Source: Podospora anserina (Eukaryota). Taken from it: 33,406 nt of DNA. Positions 22,916 through 33,406 of the stretch are shown here, one piece after another (positions within the stretch are counted from its first letter, which is position 1; each line of letters opens with the position of its first letter). The translations under genes were made by a program, and so were the position numbers. The notes under the pieces are model-generated. The model saw only the letters and a program-made list of their open reading frames with translations, was not told where the DNA came from and did not search any database. The stretch covers positions 62,001 to 95,406 of the forward strand of contig CM030339.1 of assembly GCA_017654855.1 (NCBI GenBank), written 5' to 3'.

Positions 22916-25900
22916 ATGTATTATTCTATCATTATTTCATTAATTGAGGTTGTATTGGTATTAGTTCCTGCCCTTTTAGGTATAGCTTATGTTACAATTG
23001 CGGAAAGAAAAACTATGGCAAGTATGCAAAGAAGATTAGGTCCTAATTTCGTAGGTCGCACACACAGCGTCTCTAGTTCTTTTAAAAAATATTATCATAC
23101 TTCTACAACTGATAAATTAATAAATGGTTTATATTTAAACAGAAAAGCTCCTATTAAGCCTTTTAAAGACAATGTAATTAAAACTTGTGAGGATTTATTG
23201 TCTCCTTCGGATCTTAAGACTTTTTTCAGAAGTATTAAAAGTAAAGGGGGTATATATATATTTACTTACAAAGAAAATCCTGAGATTTTTTTATAGGAAA
23301 GAGCTAAAAATTTTAGAAATAGATTTAAAGCTCATCTTAATATAAATTTACAAGATAAATTTCATATTTTTGCTAATGCTGTAGGTTGAGATAAATTTCA
23401 TTTTTCAATTATTCAGATTTGTAGTTTAGATATTCAAAAAGAAAGAGAGAATTATTTACAAAAAAAACTTACCTTTATTAAATACAATATATAAAAAAGT
23501 GAGATGTATACTATACAAAATTACGACTCTTTACATGAAATATTAAAACTTAAACAATTAGAATGAAACAAAGATAATAAATATTCAGGTATACCTGTCT
23601 ATTTATATACTTATAGTGAAGGATCACTTAAGGATAACTATATCAAATTCGAGAGTATTAATAAATTATCTCAATATTTAAATATAAGCAGAGAAACTAT
23701 AAATATTTATTTAAATACTTATGTTCCTTATAAAAGCAATATTTTTTTAACTGATTTAATAGTAGATTTTGAATTAATAGACAAATTAGTAAGTGATACC
23801 ATTCAAGGATTAGATTTAGATCGTACTATAAGTAAAAAAGTCTGAGTTTATTCTATAGATACAAAAAGTAATATTGTTAAAAACATTTATAATTCTATAG
23901 GTGAGACAATTAAAATTTTAAATGTGTCACATAATTTAGTAAATAATCACTTAGATAAGTGAATACCTGGTGGTATTAAAAAAACAATTATTTATTTAGT
24001 AATGAATTGGATAATTTAAATATAGAAAGATTAAAAGAAGTTCATTTATCTAGAAAACATAATAACCTTAATGTTTGAATATATAATGCTAATACTTTAG
24101 AATTAATAGGTAATTTTAATAGTATAAAAAAAAAAAAGCAGATTATTTTAATGTAGATTATAGATCTTTAATTAATCATTTAGATACTAAAGAAGCTATA
24201 AATAAAGGAGGTAAATTTATATATTTATTTAAAAATGAGTTAGATACAGAAGATTTAAATCTTTTATCTAATAAATTTAATAAAGTTTCTAATATGACAA
24301 CTAGTATTTGAGTATATAAATATGTAGATGATAAATTAACTTTAATCAATGACAATAAACCTAGCTATATTTCTAAATTATCTTTATCTAAAGATTTAAA
24401 AATAAGTGTTAAAACAATAAACAAATATTTAGATTCAAATGAATCATATAAAGGGTATTATTTTTATAGTATATGTAAATAATAGTAAAAATAAAGCGTA
24501 GGAAACTTTATTTGGCCTTTAAACCATCAAATTGACGGGGAAGCCTTAAAGCTATTTAGACTAAGCAAAATAAGTAATTAAGTTGTGGCTCGAAAGAGGT
24601 ATAGTAACACATAAATAGATGCACGAAAGGAAATAGGTAATCCGCAGCCAAGTGCCATATATTTATTGTATAAGTAATGGTGTGCAGTTCATCGACTAGA
24701 CGGTGGTTGGTATTATTGTTCACATAATACTTAAGATATAGTCAGACCCTATCCGAAAGGATACAGGAATATTTATATAATATTCTGTTAAATGGATAAT
24801 ATTTTTATTATTCAGGAGAAGGCCCCTGCCTAAATCTACAGTATGATTTTTTTTTTATACATGATTAAAAGGGGAGATTCGTATTATGGACTACTTCAAG
24901 CCTTTGCCGATGCTTTAAAACTATTATTAAAAGAATATGTAGCACCAACACAAGCTAACATAATCTTATTCTTTTTAGGTCCTGTTATTACATTAATTTT
25001 TTCTCTTTTAGGTTATGCAGTAATACCTTATGTCCATAGGGTTATATAGTCAAACTACGGGGAACTCCTAAAGCTTATAGTACTAAACTAGGTACGAAAG
25101 TACTTAAGTGGCTGAAGTAATTATTCGGGTATAGTAATAAGTTATAAGATGATCAGAGGGGGGCGCAAGCTCGCTCTGAGAAATGGACAATCGCGTATCT
25201 AAGTCAGTATTAAGAGAGCTCGCGCCTATAATACTGTAAAAGAGCAACGAGCAGACGGCTATAGGTATTTATAATATTATTGTAAATATTTAAGGTGTGC
25301 TCTATAAGCTTAGAAATAAGTTATCGTAAATTGTATGGTAAAAATAATAGCGGTTCACCATTAATTGAAAAGGCTGTACGCCACTCTAATTCTTTAAAAG
25401 TTAATTTTCGTCGTAATTATTCTACGACGACGTCGAAAAATAAAAGCGACGAACGCCTCGCACAAGTAAATCCTTGATTTATAACAGGATTTACCGACGC
25501 TGAGGGTTGTTTTATGTAATATGATAAAAAAAACCTAAATATAAAGCAGGTTGAGAAATTCAACCCGTTTTCCAAATTAAACTCCACGTTAAAGATTTTT
25601 TTTTTTGTTATATTAGGAATTCAACGTAGTTTAGGAGATATTGGTACTGTAGTTAATCGCCAATCTACATGTGTACTTTTAGAGTCAGAAAATTGCAAGA
25701 GCTAATAGAATTAATTAAATTTTTTGATAAGTATCCTTTAATTTCTCTCCGGCCCCGCGCCATCGAGCGAAGCGATGGCGCGAGGGAGAAAAAAAGGGGA
25801 TTATCTATTATTTAAACAAATTGTTTCTATTATCCTATTAAAAGAACATTTGACTACTAAAGGTTAACAAAGAATTATTAATGTAAAAGCAACTTTAAAT

Positions 25901-28900
25901 TTCGGGGCGCAGCGCTCTCAAAAGAATTACAATTAATGTTTCCTGAAACTATTCCAGTTGCCCGTCCTTTAAGAGAACCTTGCGTAATTCCGGATCCACA
26001 GTGAATATCTGGATTTACGTCAGGCTTTACACCCCCTACAATCTTTATATGGATTTACATTTAACGATGGCGGGCCTTATCTTATTTAAGGGAAATTGTG
26101 AAATACAACTACAAGGATATGTATGGTTTTATACCTTCTTTCAGGAAGAATCTCTGGGGTTTTAATGCGATGAATTTTAATCGTGTTAAAATCCCTTCCT
26201 CCCCTCTATTCAGGGGACTTAATTACGCATTTAGAATTAATACCTTAGGTTTTTTAAAAATCAACCAGCTTAAACAGTTTAGATCTAAAAGCACCCATTG
26301 TAAAAATTTAGCCGTAAATGAAATAAAGCAGATTACTTCGTTGGTAGTTTGAGGTATTAATTTAACGTCTACAGTGGGTATGGAGAGATTTACAAAGGTA
26401 GTACGAAATATGATTCAATTACCTTCTTATCAAAAAAGTGTTATTGTAGGATTAATTCTATCTGACGGTTGACTAAGATTTTCGGCATCGCCCTAAAAGT
26501 CATAAGAGTCCCCTTATAGGTTTTACTCAATCTTTAGCTCATTCTGACTATGTTTGATTTGTATTTTCTTTTTTATCTCATTATTATGATAATATGCCTT
26601 TGTTTAAGCAAGGTATAAGAGCTGGTAGACTTTTTTATAGCTTAGAAATTGTAACTCGTGCCTTGCCTTGCTTTTTGGAGTTATATGAAATTTTTTATGT
26701 TAACGGAGTAAAAGTAGTCGGCTTCGCAGGAAAATATTTATGAATTGTTAACACCTGTAGCTTTTGCTCACCTTATTCAAGGGGATGGTGGATTTAAAAG
26801 TAAAGGAATTTATCTTTGTACCGACTCGTACACTCTTCAAGATGTAATACGGTTAATGAATGTGTTAATTATACGTTATGAATTAAAATGTACTCTTCAT
26901 AAAGCAAGTAACGGTAAGGGTTACAGAATTTATATTTCTAGAAGCTCAGTAGGTAAAGTAACGAAAATAGTTTTACCTCATCTTATACCCAGTATGTATT
27001 ATAAAGTAGGTTTAGTTAATAATGAGAATAGTTAATAATGGGAATATAGTTTTCGTGCCTCAAACTTGTTGGAGTAAATATACAAAATAAGTTTGTCTTA
27101 CAATCCTATCCCATATAGCTAAAAAAAAAGAGATAAAAATCTTACATGGTGATTTTTCTAGCTGACGAAGTAAGCATACCTCCAGCCACCCTAAGGCGCC
27201 TAATAAATACAACGGCGTCCAGGGTATTTATTAGGGTAATTTCTCTGTTTCTTTAGATAATGGTATTTTTAAGTCTCTTCTCGCGGCCCCGCACCATCGA
27301 GCGAAGCGATGGTGCGAGGGATTTAAAATTACTCAGCATGAAAAAGATGAGTTATTATTAATTGCAATTAAAGATTATTTAAATTGTGGGTATTGTTATT
27401 TAAGAAAAAAAGAAAACAAGGGCGCAAGCTCGATTTTAAAGTTACTAAGTTTTCTGATATTACTGAAATTATAATACCTTTTTTTATTAATAATCCAATA
27501 TTAGGTATAAAATCTTTAGATTTTAAAGATTGATGCTTAGTTCCGGAAATAGTAAAAAAAAGAGAGCATAAACAAGAAGAAAATATTCTAAAAATAAAAG
27601 AAATTCAAAAGGGTATGAATAGGGGAAGAAGTTTTTAAATTTTTTATTATTACTTTTATATAAGTATGGACCTGGTCTAGCTATTAATGATTTTAGCTTA
27701 GGTATTTATTATATCTTAGCTGTATCTTCATTAGCCACATACGGTATACTATTAGCTGGATTTTATCCTTTAAAAAAAAGTTCTTCATTTGTAGAAACAA
27801 ATGATAAAAATCCGATTGAATTTCAAGAAAAGCTTATAATAAGTCAACTTGAAGCGAAACATATTTTCTTTATAAAAACATTAATTTTAAGGTATGGACG
27901 TTCAACGACTAGTATATTATTAAAAATATTAATAGTTCTACCAAGAGCAGTCGGGGTTTTAAATGGGTTTTTTTTATCGTTCAGTTCTTAAGTACAATAT
28001 CTATAGAATATAATTTGACCTGATCGTATAACATTTTTTATTCGTTATTTATTTGTTTTGTATTAAGTTTAATATCTGTGTTAATTTATGGCTGCACCGT
28101 TCTTCTTGTTTTTTTTAGCTGCATGATTTCGCCAGCAGCATTGTTGTTATTAAATACTAGCACTCATTACGCAAATAAATCAAAGAATAAGGCTAATACT
28201 ATGTCCAAGTTATCAACTGTTAAGCTTAGTATTCCTTATCACTATGCGGGAGGCTTCGCAGGGAATAGTAATAGTAAACTGAAACGCTTTTATTCTACCT
28301 GTCGGCCATCTAGCACAGGGGTGTTAAACAGTATTAGGTGAAAAGCTAAAAAAAAGTTATTCTACCACTGGGAGTGATTTTTTAAATAATGATGAGTTTA
28401 ATTTAGATAAGGAAAACATTAACAATAGTATTAAATATTTAGATGAAGAAGATCTAAAAGCTTTACATTCTTTGTATATAAAGGATTTATTTAAAGATAG
28501 AATAGCTCCAGTAGTTCCTTTTGATTCTAATTTAATTTTAGTTTCTTGTAATTTATCAGACCAAAAAAAAAAATCAGAATTCTTAAAACAATGAGGGTCA
28601 AAAGGTGGTATATATATTATGGAATACATACACAATCCACATATATATTATATAGGTAGAACTACTCTTTTAAAAGAAGAATTAATAACCATATTAAAGC
28701 TGATTCTAACAGTAAGTTTCATGCTTTTTTTAAAATTAGTTGGTTTAGAACACTTTAAATTTTCTATAATAGAGATTTCTTCTTCTAGTGAACAAGGAAT
28801 TCGGGAAAATTATTATCTTCAAAAATTTTTACCTTTATTGAATACAACCTTTTCTTCAGCTTTTTCTGAATCTACTATATTTAGGAGTTTAACTGATAAA

Positions 28901-31900
28901 ATAACTAGTTTAAAAACTACAACATTAACGCCGAAAAGCAATCAACCTATTACTATTTATACTTACTCTTTGCATAAACAAGGGGATCATGAGGCAATAA
29001 ACCCCGCTTATATTAAATATAATAGCATAGGTGAAGCAAGTAAAATGGAAAAAATTGCTTATGGAACTATTTTATTATTTAGAGATACTAATCTCCCCTT
29101 TAGAGGTAAATTATATTTTACTAAGCCTATAATAGATTTTAATTATACATTAGACAAAGTTAATAATATATTAAAAGATGTTAAGTTAGTAAGTAATATA
29201 GCTACAAAAGTATGAGCATATGACGCTTTAACATTAGATTTAATAAAGGGTAGTCCTTTTGAATCTAAAACTCAAGCATCAAATATATTAGGTATTAGTC
29301 GTAACGTTATTAATTATTTTATAGATACTAAAAAGCTGAAGGGATTAAAGGGACTTATTTGTTTAGTAGACCGTTAGAGGAGTTAGAAATAACAAGTTTA
29401 AGAAAACTTTCAAAGGATGTTACATTAGGTAATAAAATAAAAGTGTATGCTTATAATGCTATAACTTTGGATTTAATAAACAATGAACCTTTTTCTAGTT
29501 TATCTGATACAGCTGATTATTTTAATGTTAATTATAGAACGATAACGCGCCATTTGGACACTAAATTTGCTACAAAACAAAATAACATGAGCGTGTACTT
29601 TTTTAAAAAGGTGGTTGATTCTAATTTAAAAATAGAATTAATGAAGCAGACAGATAAGCTTCGTTATACTCGTAGTGAAATTTGAGTCTATAAATTAGAT
29701 AAACAAGGTAAATTAATATTGTTACCTGATCAGCCTTTTAAAACTAAGCGTGAAGCTGTACGTGTATTGCATATGCATCATACTGTAATAACTAAATACA
29801 TGGATACGGGGACAGAGTATAAAGGCTTACTTTTATATAGTACACCTCAAAATAACGATTATTAAACCGTGTTAAATTATTCACTAGTTTCTTATTATAT
29901 TCTTACAGTTAGCGTTTTTAAGCCTTCCTTAATAAAGGTTATTTAAGACTAAGACATAGTCTGAACCAGTTCGAAAGAACTAGATGTAAAACATAAATAG
30001 TTTTACGATAACAACATTTGGAAGTGCTAATAGTAAATATGCTTTTTTAGGATCCTTAAGAAGTACAGCTCAATTGATTAGTTATGAATTAGTTTTAAGT
30101 TCTGCTATACTTTTAGTAATTATGCTAACTGGAAGTTTAAATCTTAGTGTTAATATAGAATCTCAAAGAGCTATTGGAATATATTTCCATTATTGCCTGT
30201 ATTTATTATATTTTTTATAGGTTCTGTTGCTGAAACAAACAGAGCCCCGTTCGATCTCGCAGAGGCTGGTTTAAAATATCATATAATCTTAGCTTATTAT
30301 TATATTACAACCGTATTTATTTCAATTACTAGATTAATAATTATTAATTATATTTATAATATCACTATTATTAGGAATATTTACAATAATTTTAGTACAC
30401 TACGTACATTTTACAAATTACACTATGCATCTGGAAAGGTAAACTTTAAAACATTCATAAAATTATATAGTTCCTTAACTCTCAAAGATAGTTCACTACA
30501 CCCTGAATGAATAACAGGTTTCACAGATGGGGAAGGTTCCTTTGGTATTAAGATTTATAAAGCTAAGGGCCACAAACTAGGATGAAGATTAGATCCTTTT
30601 TTCCAAATTAAATTAAATGCCCGAGATCTAGATATATTATATCGTATCAAAGAATATTTTGGAGGAGTAGGAACTATAAGTTTTGAGAAAAATACGGCTA
30701 AGTATATTATTAGAAAACTTAGTGATATTGTAGATATTTTGATACCGCATTTTGAAGCTTATCCTCTATTAACTAAAAAATTTGCGGATTTCGAATTATT
30801 TAGGCAAATTATTTTAATTATAAAAAATGAATCTTCTTTAAGTGAACAAGGATTTATAAAAATTCTTAACCTTAGATATTATCTGAATAAAGGAATATCA
30901 GAGGAATTAAAAGAATTATATCCTAACTTAGTACCAGTAATGAGACCTGAAGTTCCAGAAAGAAAAATCCAACCGGAATGATTAGTAGGATTCATAGATG
31001 GGGAAGGTAGTTTTAATATAATTACAGTAGAGAAAAAGTCTTCAGATGCACCATCAATACTTAGCACTAGTTACAAAGTATGATTACATTTTCAAATAAC
31101 ACAACATAGTCGAGATACTACTCTCATGGAAAGAATAGTTACATTTTTTGATTGTGGTAGTGTTAAAAAAAGAAACACCGATGCTGTTGACTTTAAGTTA
31201 AATAAATTCGAGTTGTTAGAAAACATAATTATACCTTTTTTTCAAAAATATCCACTTCAAAGTGCTAAAGTTTTTGATTTCTTATCTTTTATTGAAGCTG
31301 CCAATGTGATTAAAAGTAAAAAAACTCGTCAGTGAACTGCAGAAGAATTTGCTAAAATTCAAAATATTCAAAGTAATATGAATAAATACATCAAAGAAAA
31401 TCAAAACAAAAAACAGGATGATGAAAGTAATAAAGGTAAATAACTACCACGGTAATGGCCATATTTAATGCAGTATTTCGTATGTACTTCGCAGGACTGG
31501 CATTTAATTACTAATAATAGTTACAACTAAACTTTATTTACTCTCGAGGGCTACCAGCCTACCCTCAGCCACCGTTTTTTATTCTTTAACCTTCTACTAT
31601 ACTACGTTAGTGGTATGTATGGAGAGCTCTAAATAATAAATTTTTAGGTGACGGCCGAGGTATCTTAATTTTTGTTAGGTTATAGATTTTTGATTAGCGT
31701 TAAGATAGTATAAATATTGATTTAGCTGAGGCTATTTAGTAAACAATACGATTCGGTCTCGTAAAAAATTGCTATATGCTGGAAAACCCTCGATCTAAGA
31801 TCGAAGACAATCAGCAGGAAACCAAAGTAATTTATTAATATTTTAATAGTTACGAGTAGGATCCTCAGAGACTATACGCAATAATTAAGTAAAAAATATT

Positions 31901-33333
31901 GTACTTAATAAGATATAGTCCAACCTTGCATGTGAATGTAAGAAGTATGTATAGGGATTAGGTTTACTCAGCTATAATAATAGCAAAACAAATAATTACC
32001 TTCGTAAACATTTAATTAATGCACGAAGATACTATTCTACTTATTCTGATTCATCTCCAGATCCTATATCTACTCCTTTACCTATAAAAATTTTTAGTAA
32101 TTTAGATAATAACGAAGTAGTTATTTCTTATGCTGAAATATTAAGAAAGAAAGCAGGTATTTATTGTTTTATAAATACAGTAAATAATAAAAGGTATATA
32201 GGTAGTGCTAAAGATTTGTATTTAAGACTTATTGAACATCTTGCTGGTAAAAAATCTAATATTGCTTTACAAAATGCCATATTAAAATATGGTTTAAATA
32301 AATTTGATTTTTGCGTATATGAGTACTTTACTTATCACAGTAAAGTAGTAAGTCATAAAGCTTTAACTGATTTAGAAACAAGTTATATTGAAAAATATCC
32401 TTTTGACAGCTTGTATAATTTTATGAGAACAGCTACAAGTATTGAAGGATATAAGCATACAGATGAAGCTAAGTTAAAAATGTTAAATAGGTTTAAAGAT
32501 AAATCTAATCACCCTATGTATGGTAAGAAACATACAGAGGAAACCTTAAAATTGATTAGTAAACCTGGAGAATTAAATCCTATGTACGGTAAGTTACATA
32601 GTGAAGAAACAAAGAAAAAGATAAGTAATAGCATGAGCAAACATCCTTACGGAGTAGGTATATATGATTTAGATGATAATTTAATTGCAAAATTTCAAAA
32701 TAATATTGAATTATCCTTTGAGTTACTCAAACAATATATCTAAAGTTACAGTAGGGAAATATTTAAATTCAGGCCTTATTTACAAAAACCAGTATAGGTT
32801 TAAAGTAAATAATAAATAATAAGATCAAGTTTTAATCTTCTTGTTTATATACATTACATATGGAATCAGAACTTGTTAGTGGATTTATGACAGAACATGC
32901 TGCAGTAGTTTTTGTATTCTTTTTCTTAGCTGAATACGGAAGTATTGTTTTAATGTGTATACTTACAAGTATTTTATTTTTAGGGGGTTATTTGTCAATA
33001 AATAGTTTAGATGTCTTTAATTTTTTTTATTCTATCCTTTTTAATATAGGATTTATTGATCTTAATTTTTTTAATATATTTTATTATTTCTATAAAGAAA
33101 TTTTTGTTAATAATTCTATTATAGAAGGATTAATATATGGATTAACTATAGGATTAAAAAGTTCTATTTTAATATTTCTTTTTATATGAGTAAGAGCTTC
33201 TTTTCCTAGAATACGTTTCGATCAATTAATGGCTTTTTGTTGAACGGTTTTATTACCTTTATTATTTGCTTTAATTGTTTTACTTCCTTGTATATTATAT
33301 AGTTATAATATTTTACCTGTTAATGTTTTATAG
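22916..33333 (+). CDS. nad1: NADH dehydrogenase subunit 1; exons 22916-23056, 24882-25028, 27665-27761, 30021-30267, 32863-33333 (1-nt frameshift at 30174-75)
   Basis: [32 protein letters not shown]...VIP|YGP...[18 protein letters not shown]...[25 protein letters not shown]...[15 protein letters not shown]; stop TAG. Confidence 0.96.
23057..24482 (+). CDS. GIY-YIG endonuclease with four C-terminal NUMOD1-like repeats; multiple frameshifts in A/T runs
   Basis: In frame with exon 1; [38 protein letters not shown]. Confidence 0.82.
23057..24881 (+). mobile_element. Group I intron nad1-i1 (IC1-like core)
   Basis: Core CAAATTGACGGGGAAG (~24528), GTAATCCGCAGCCAAG (~24637), GCAGTTCATCGACTAGACGG (~24684), TAAGATATAGTCAG (~24732); ends G24881. 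Confidence 0.93.
25750..25787. repeat. 38-bp GC-rich hairpin element, copy 1 (copy 2 at 27284-27321)
   Basis: CGGCCCCGCGCCATCGAGCGAAGCGATGGCGCGAGGGA vs CGGCCCCGCACCATCGAGCGAAGCGATGGTGCGAGGGA. Confidence 0.9.
26098..27035 (+). pseudogene. Inner LAGLIDADG endonuclease (LAGLIDADG_2-like family), two frameshifts near 26490 and 26725
   Basis: [67 protein letters not shown]. Confidence 0.85.
27762..30020 (+). mobile_element. Group I intron nad1-i3; core split by an internal ORF
   Basis: Interrupts T|GA (Trp); GAATTTCAAG, CTTGAAGCGAA and GTTCAACGACTAG at 27818-27912; AAGACATAGTCTGAACC at ~29951; same core type as cox2-i2. Confidence 0.92.
28201..29865 (+). CDS. Free-standing GIY-YIG endonuclease with four NUMOD1-like repeats; several frameshifts, mostly in A/T runs; start uncertain
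   Basis: [47 protein letters not shown]; homologous to the nad1-i1 ORF. Confidence 0.82.
30268..31443 (+). CDS. nad1-i4 ORF1: intact double-motif LAGLIDADG endonuclease in frame with exon 4
   Basis: [12 protein letters not shown] and [12 protein letters not shown]; no TAA/TAG until 31441. Confidence 0.93.
31955..32819 (+). CDS. nad1-i4 ORF2: GIY-YIG endonuclease with NUMOD3 repeats, no ATG before the catalytic domain; frameshift near 32730
   Basis: [49 protein letters not shown]; frame opens right after TAG 31952-54. Confidence 0.88.
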
Positions 33334-33406
33334 TTAACCTCTATTACCCTTAAATAAAATACTTTTAATATTTTGATTTCATATTTGAATATGAAATGGG
33401 ATTTTA

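Larger units (their letters stand above)
25295..27638 (+). pseudogene. Outer LAGLIDADG endonuclease of nad1-i2, split at its second motif (N-half to ~26024, C-half from ~27148) and disrupted by GC insertions and a nonsense codon
   Basis: [25 protein letters not shown]...(insert)...[36 protein letters not shown]. Confidence 0.85.
25029..27664 (+). mobile_element. Group I intron nad1-i2 (IC2-like core) with two nested endonuclease remnants
   Basis: IGS GTCCATA (P10 with exon TATGGAC) and GGGTTAT (P1); core CAAACTACGGGGAACTCCTAAAG, AATCGCGTATCTAAG, GAGCAACGAGCAGACGG, TAAGGTGTGCTCTA; ends G27664. Confidence 0.93.
30268..32862 (+). mobile_element. Bi-ORF group I intron nad1-i4 (IB-like core at ~31770-31925)
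   Basis: IGS GATTCGGTCTC 31750-60; GCTATATGCTGGAAA, AATCAGCAGGAAACC, GGATCCTCAGAGACTATACG, AAGATATAGTCC; ends G32862. Confidence 0.94.

Noticed and set aside
26024-27148. Twintron (second self-splicing intron) within nad1-i2
   Set aside because: I found no second set of group I core elements or a group II domain V in the insert; it appears to be an ORF-only insertion.
1299-31067. Minus-strand ORFs in the supplied track (e.g. 1299-1571, 2231-2527, 9093-9299, 28357-28635, 30879-31067)
   Set aside because: Antisense shadows of + strand genes with no recognisable motifs.

Overview
AT-rich fungal (Sordariales) mitochondrial DNA read with genetic code 4 (TGA=Trp). The supplied ORF track treats TGA as stop and therefore fragments the genes. 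All genes are on the + strand: tRNA-Arg(ACG), nad4L (1 intron), nad5 (4 introns), an orphan ORF, cox2 (2 introns), nad4 (1 intron), atp8 and nad1 (4 introns). Gene order, intron set and the dispersed 11-bp GGCGCAAGCTC (MUSE1) element strongly suggest Podospora anserina or a sibling species; this is recognition from memory, not a database result. There are 11 group I introns carrying LAGLIDADG or GIY-YIG homing endonuclease ORFs and one group II intron whose RT-like ORF has lost its catalytic YADD (YANV) but keeps maturase domain X. Several essential exons carry 1-2 nt frameshifts, all in homopolymer runs, most likely sequencing/consensus error. Main leads: (1) an R-x-Y-S-T motif resembling a mitochondrial processing peptidase site in front of most intron-encoded proteins from three unrelated families; (2) a duplicated exon end giving nad1 intron 4 two candidate 5' and two candidate 3' splice sites; (3) a candidate internal 3' splice site in cox2 intron 2; (4) an endonuclease gene nested inside another; (5) a 35-bp direct-repeat-flanked block and an orphan ORF of unknown origin. 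I cannot claim a wholly new system from sequence alone.
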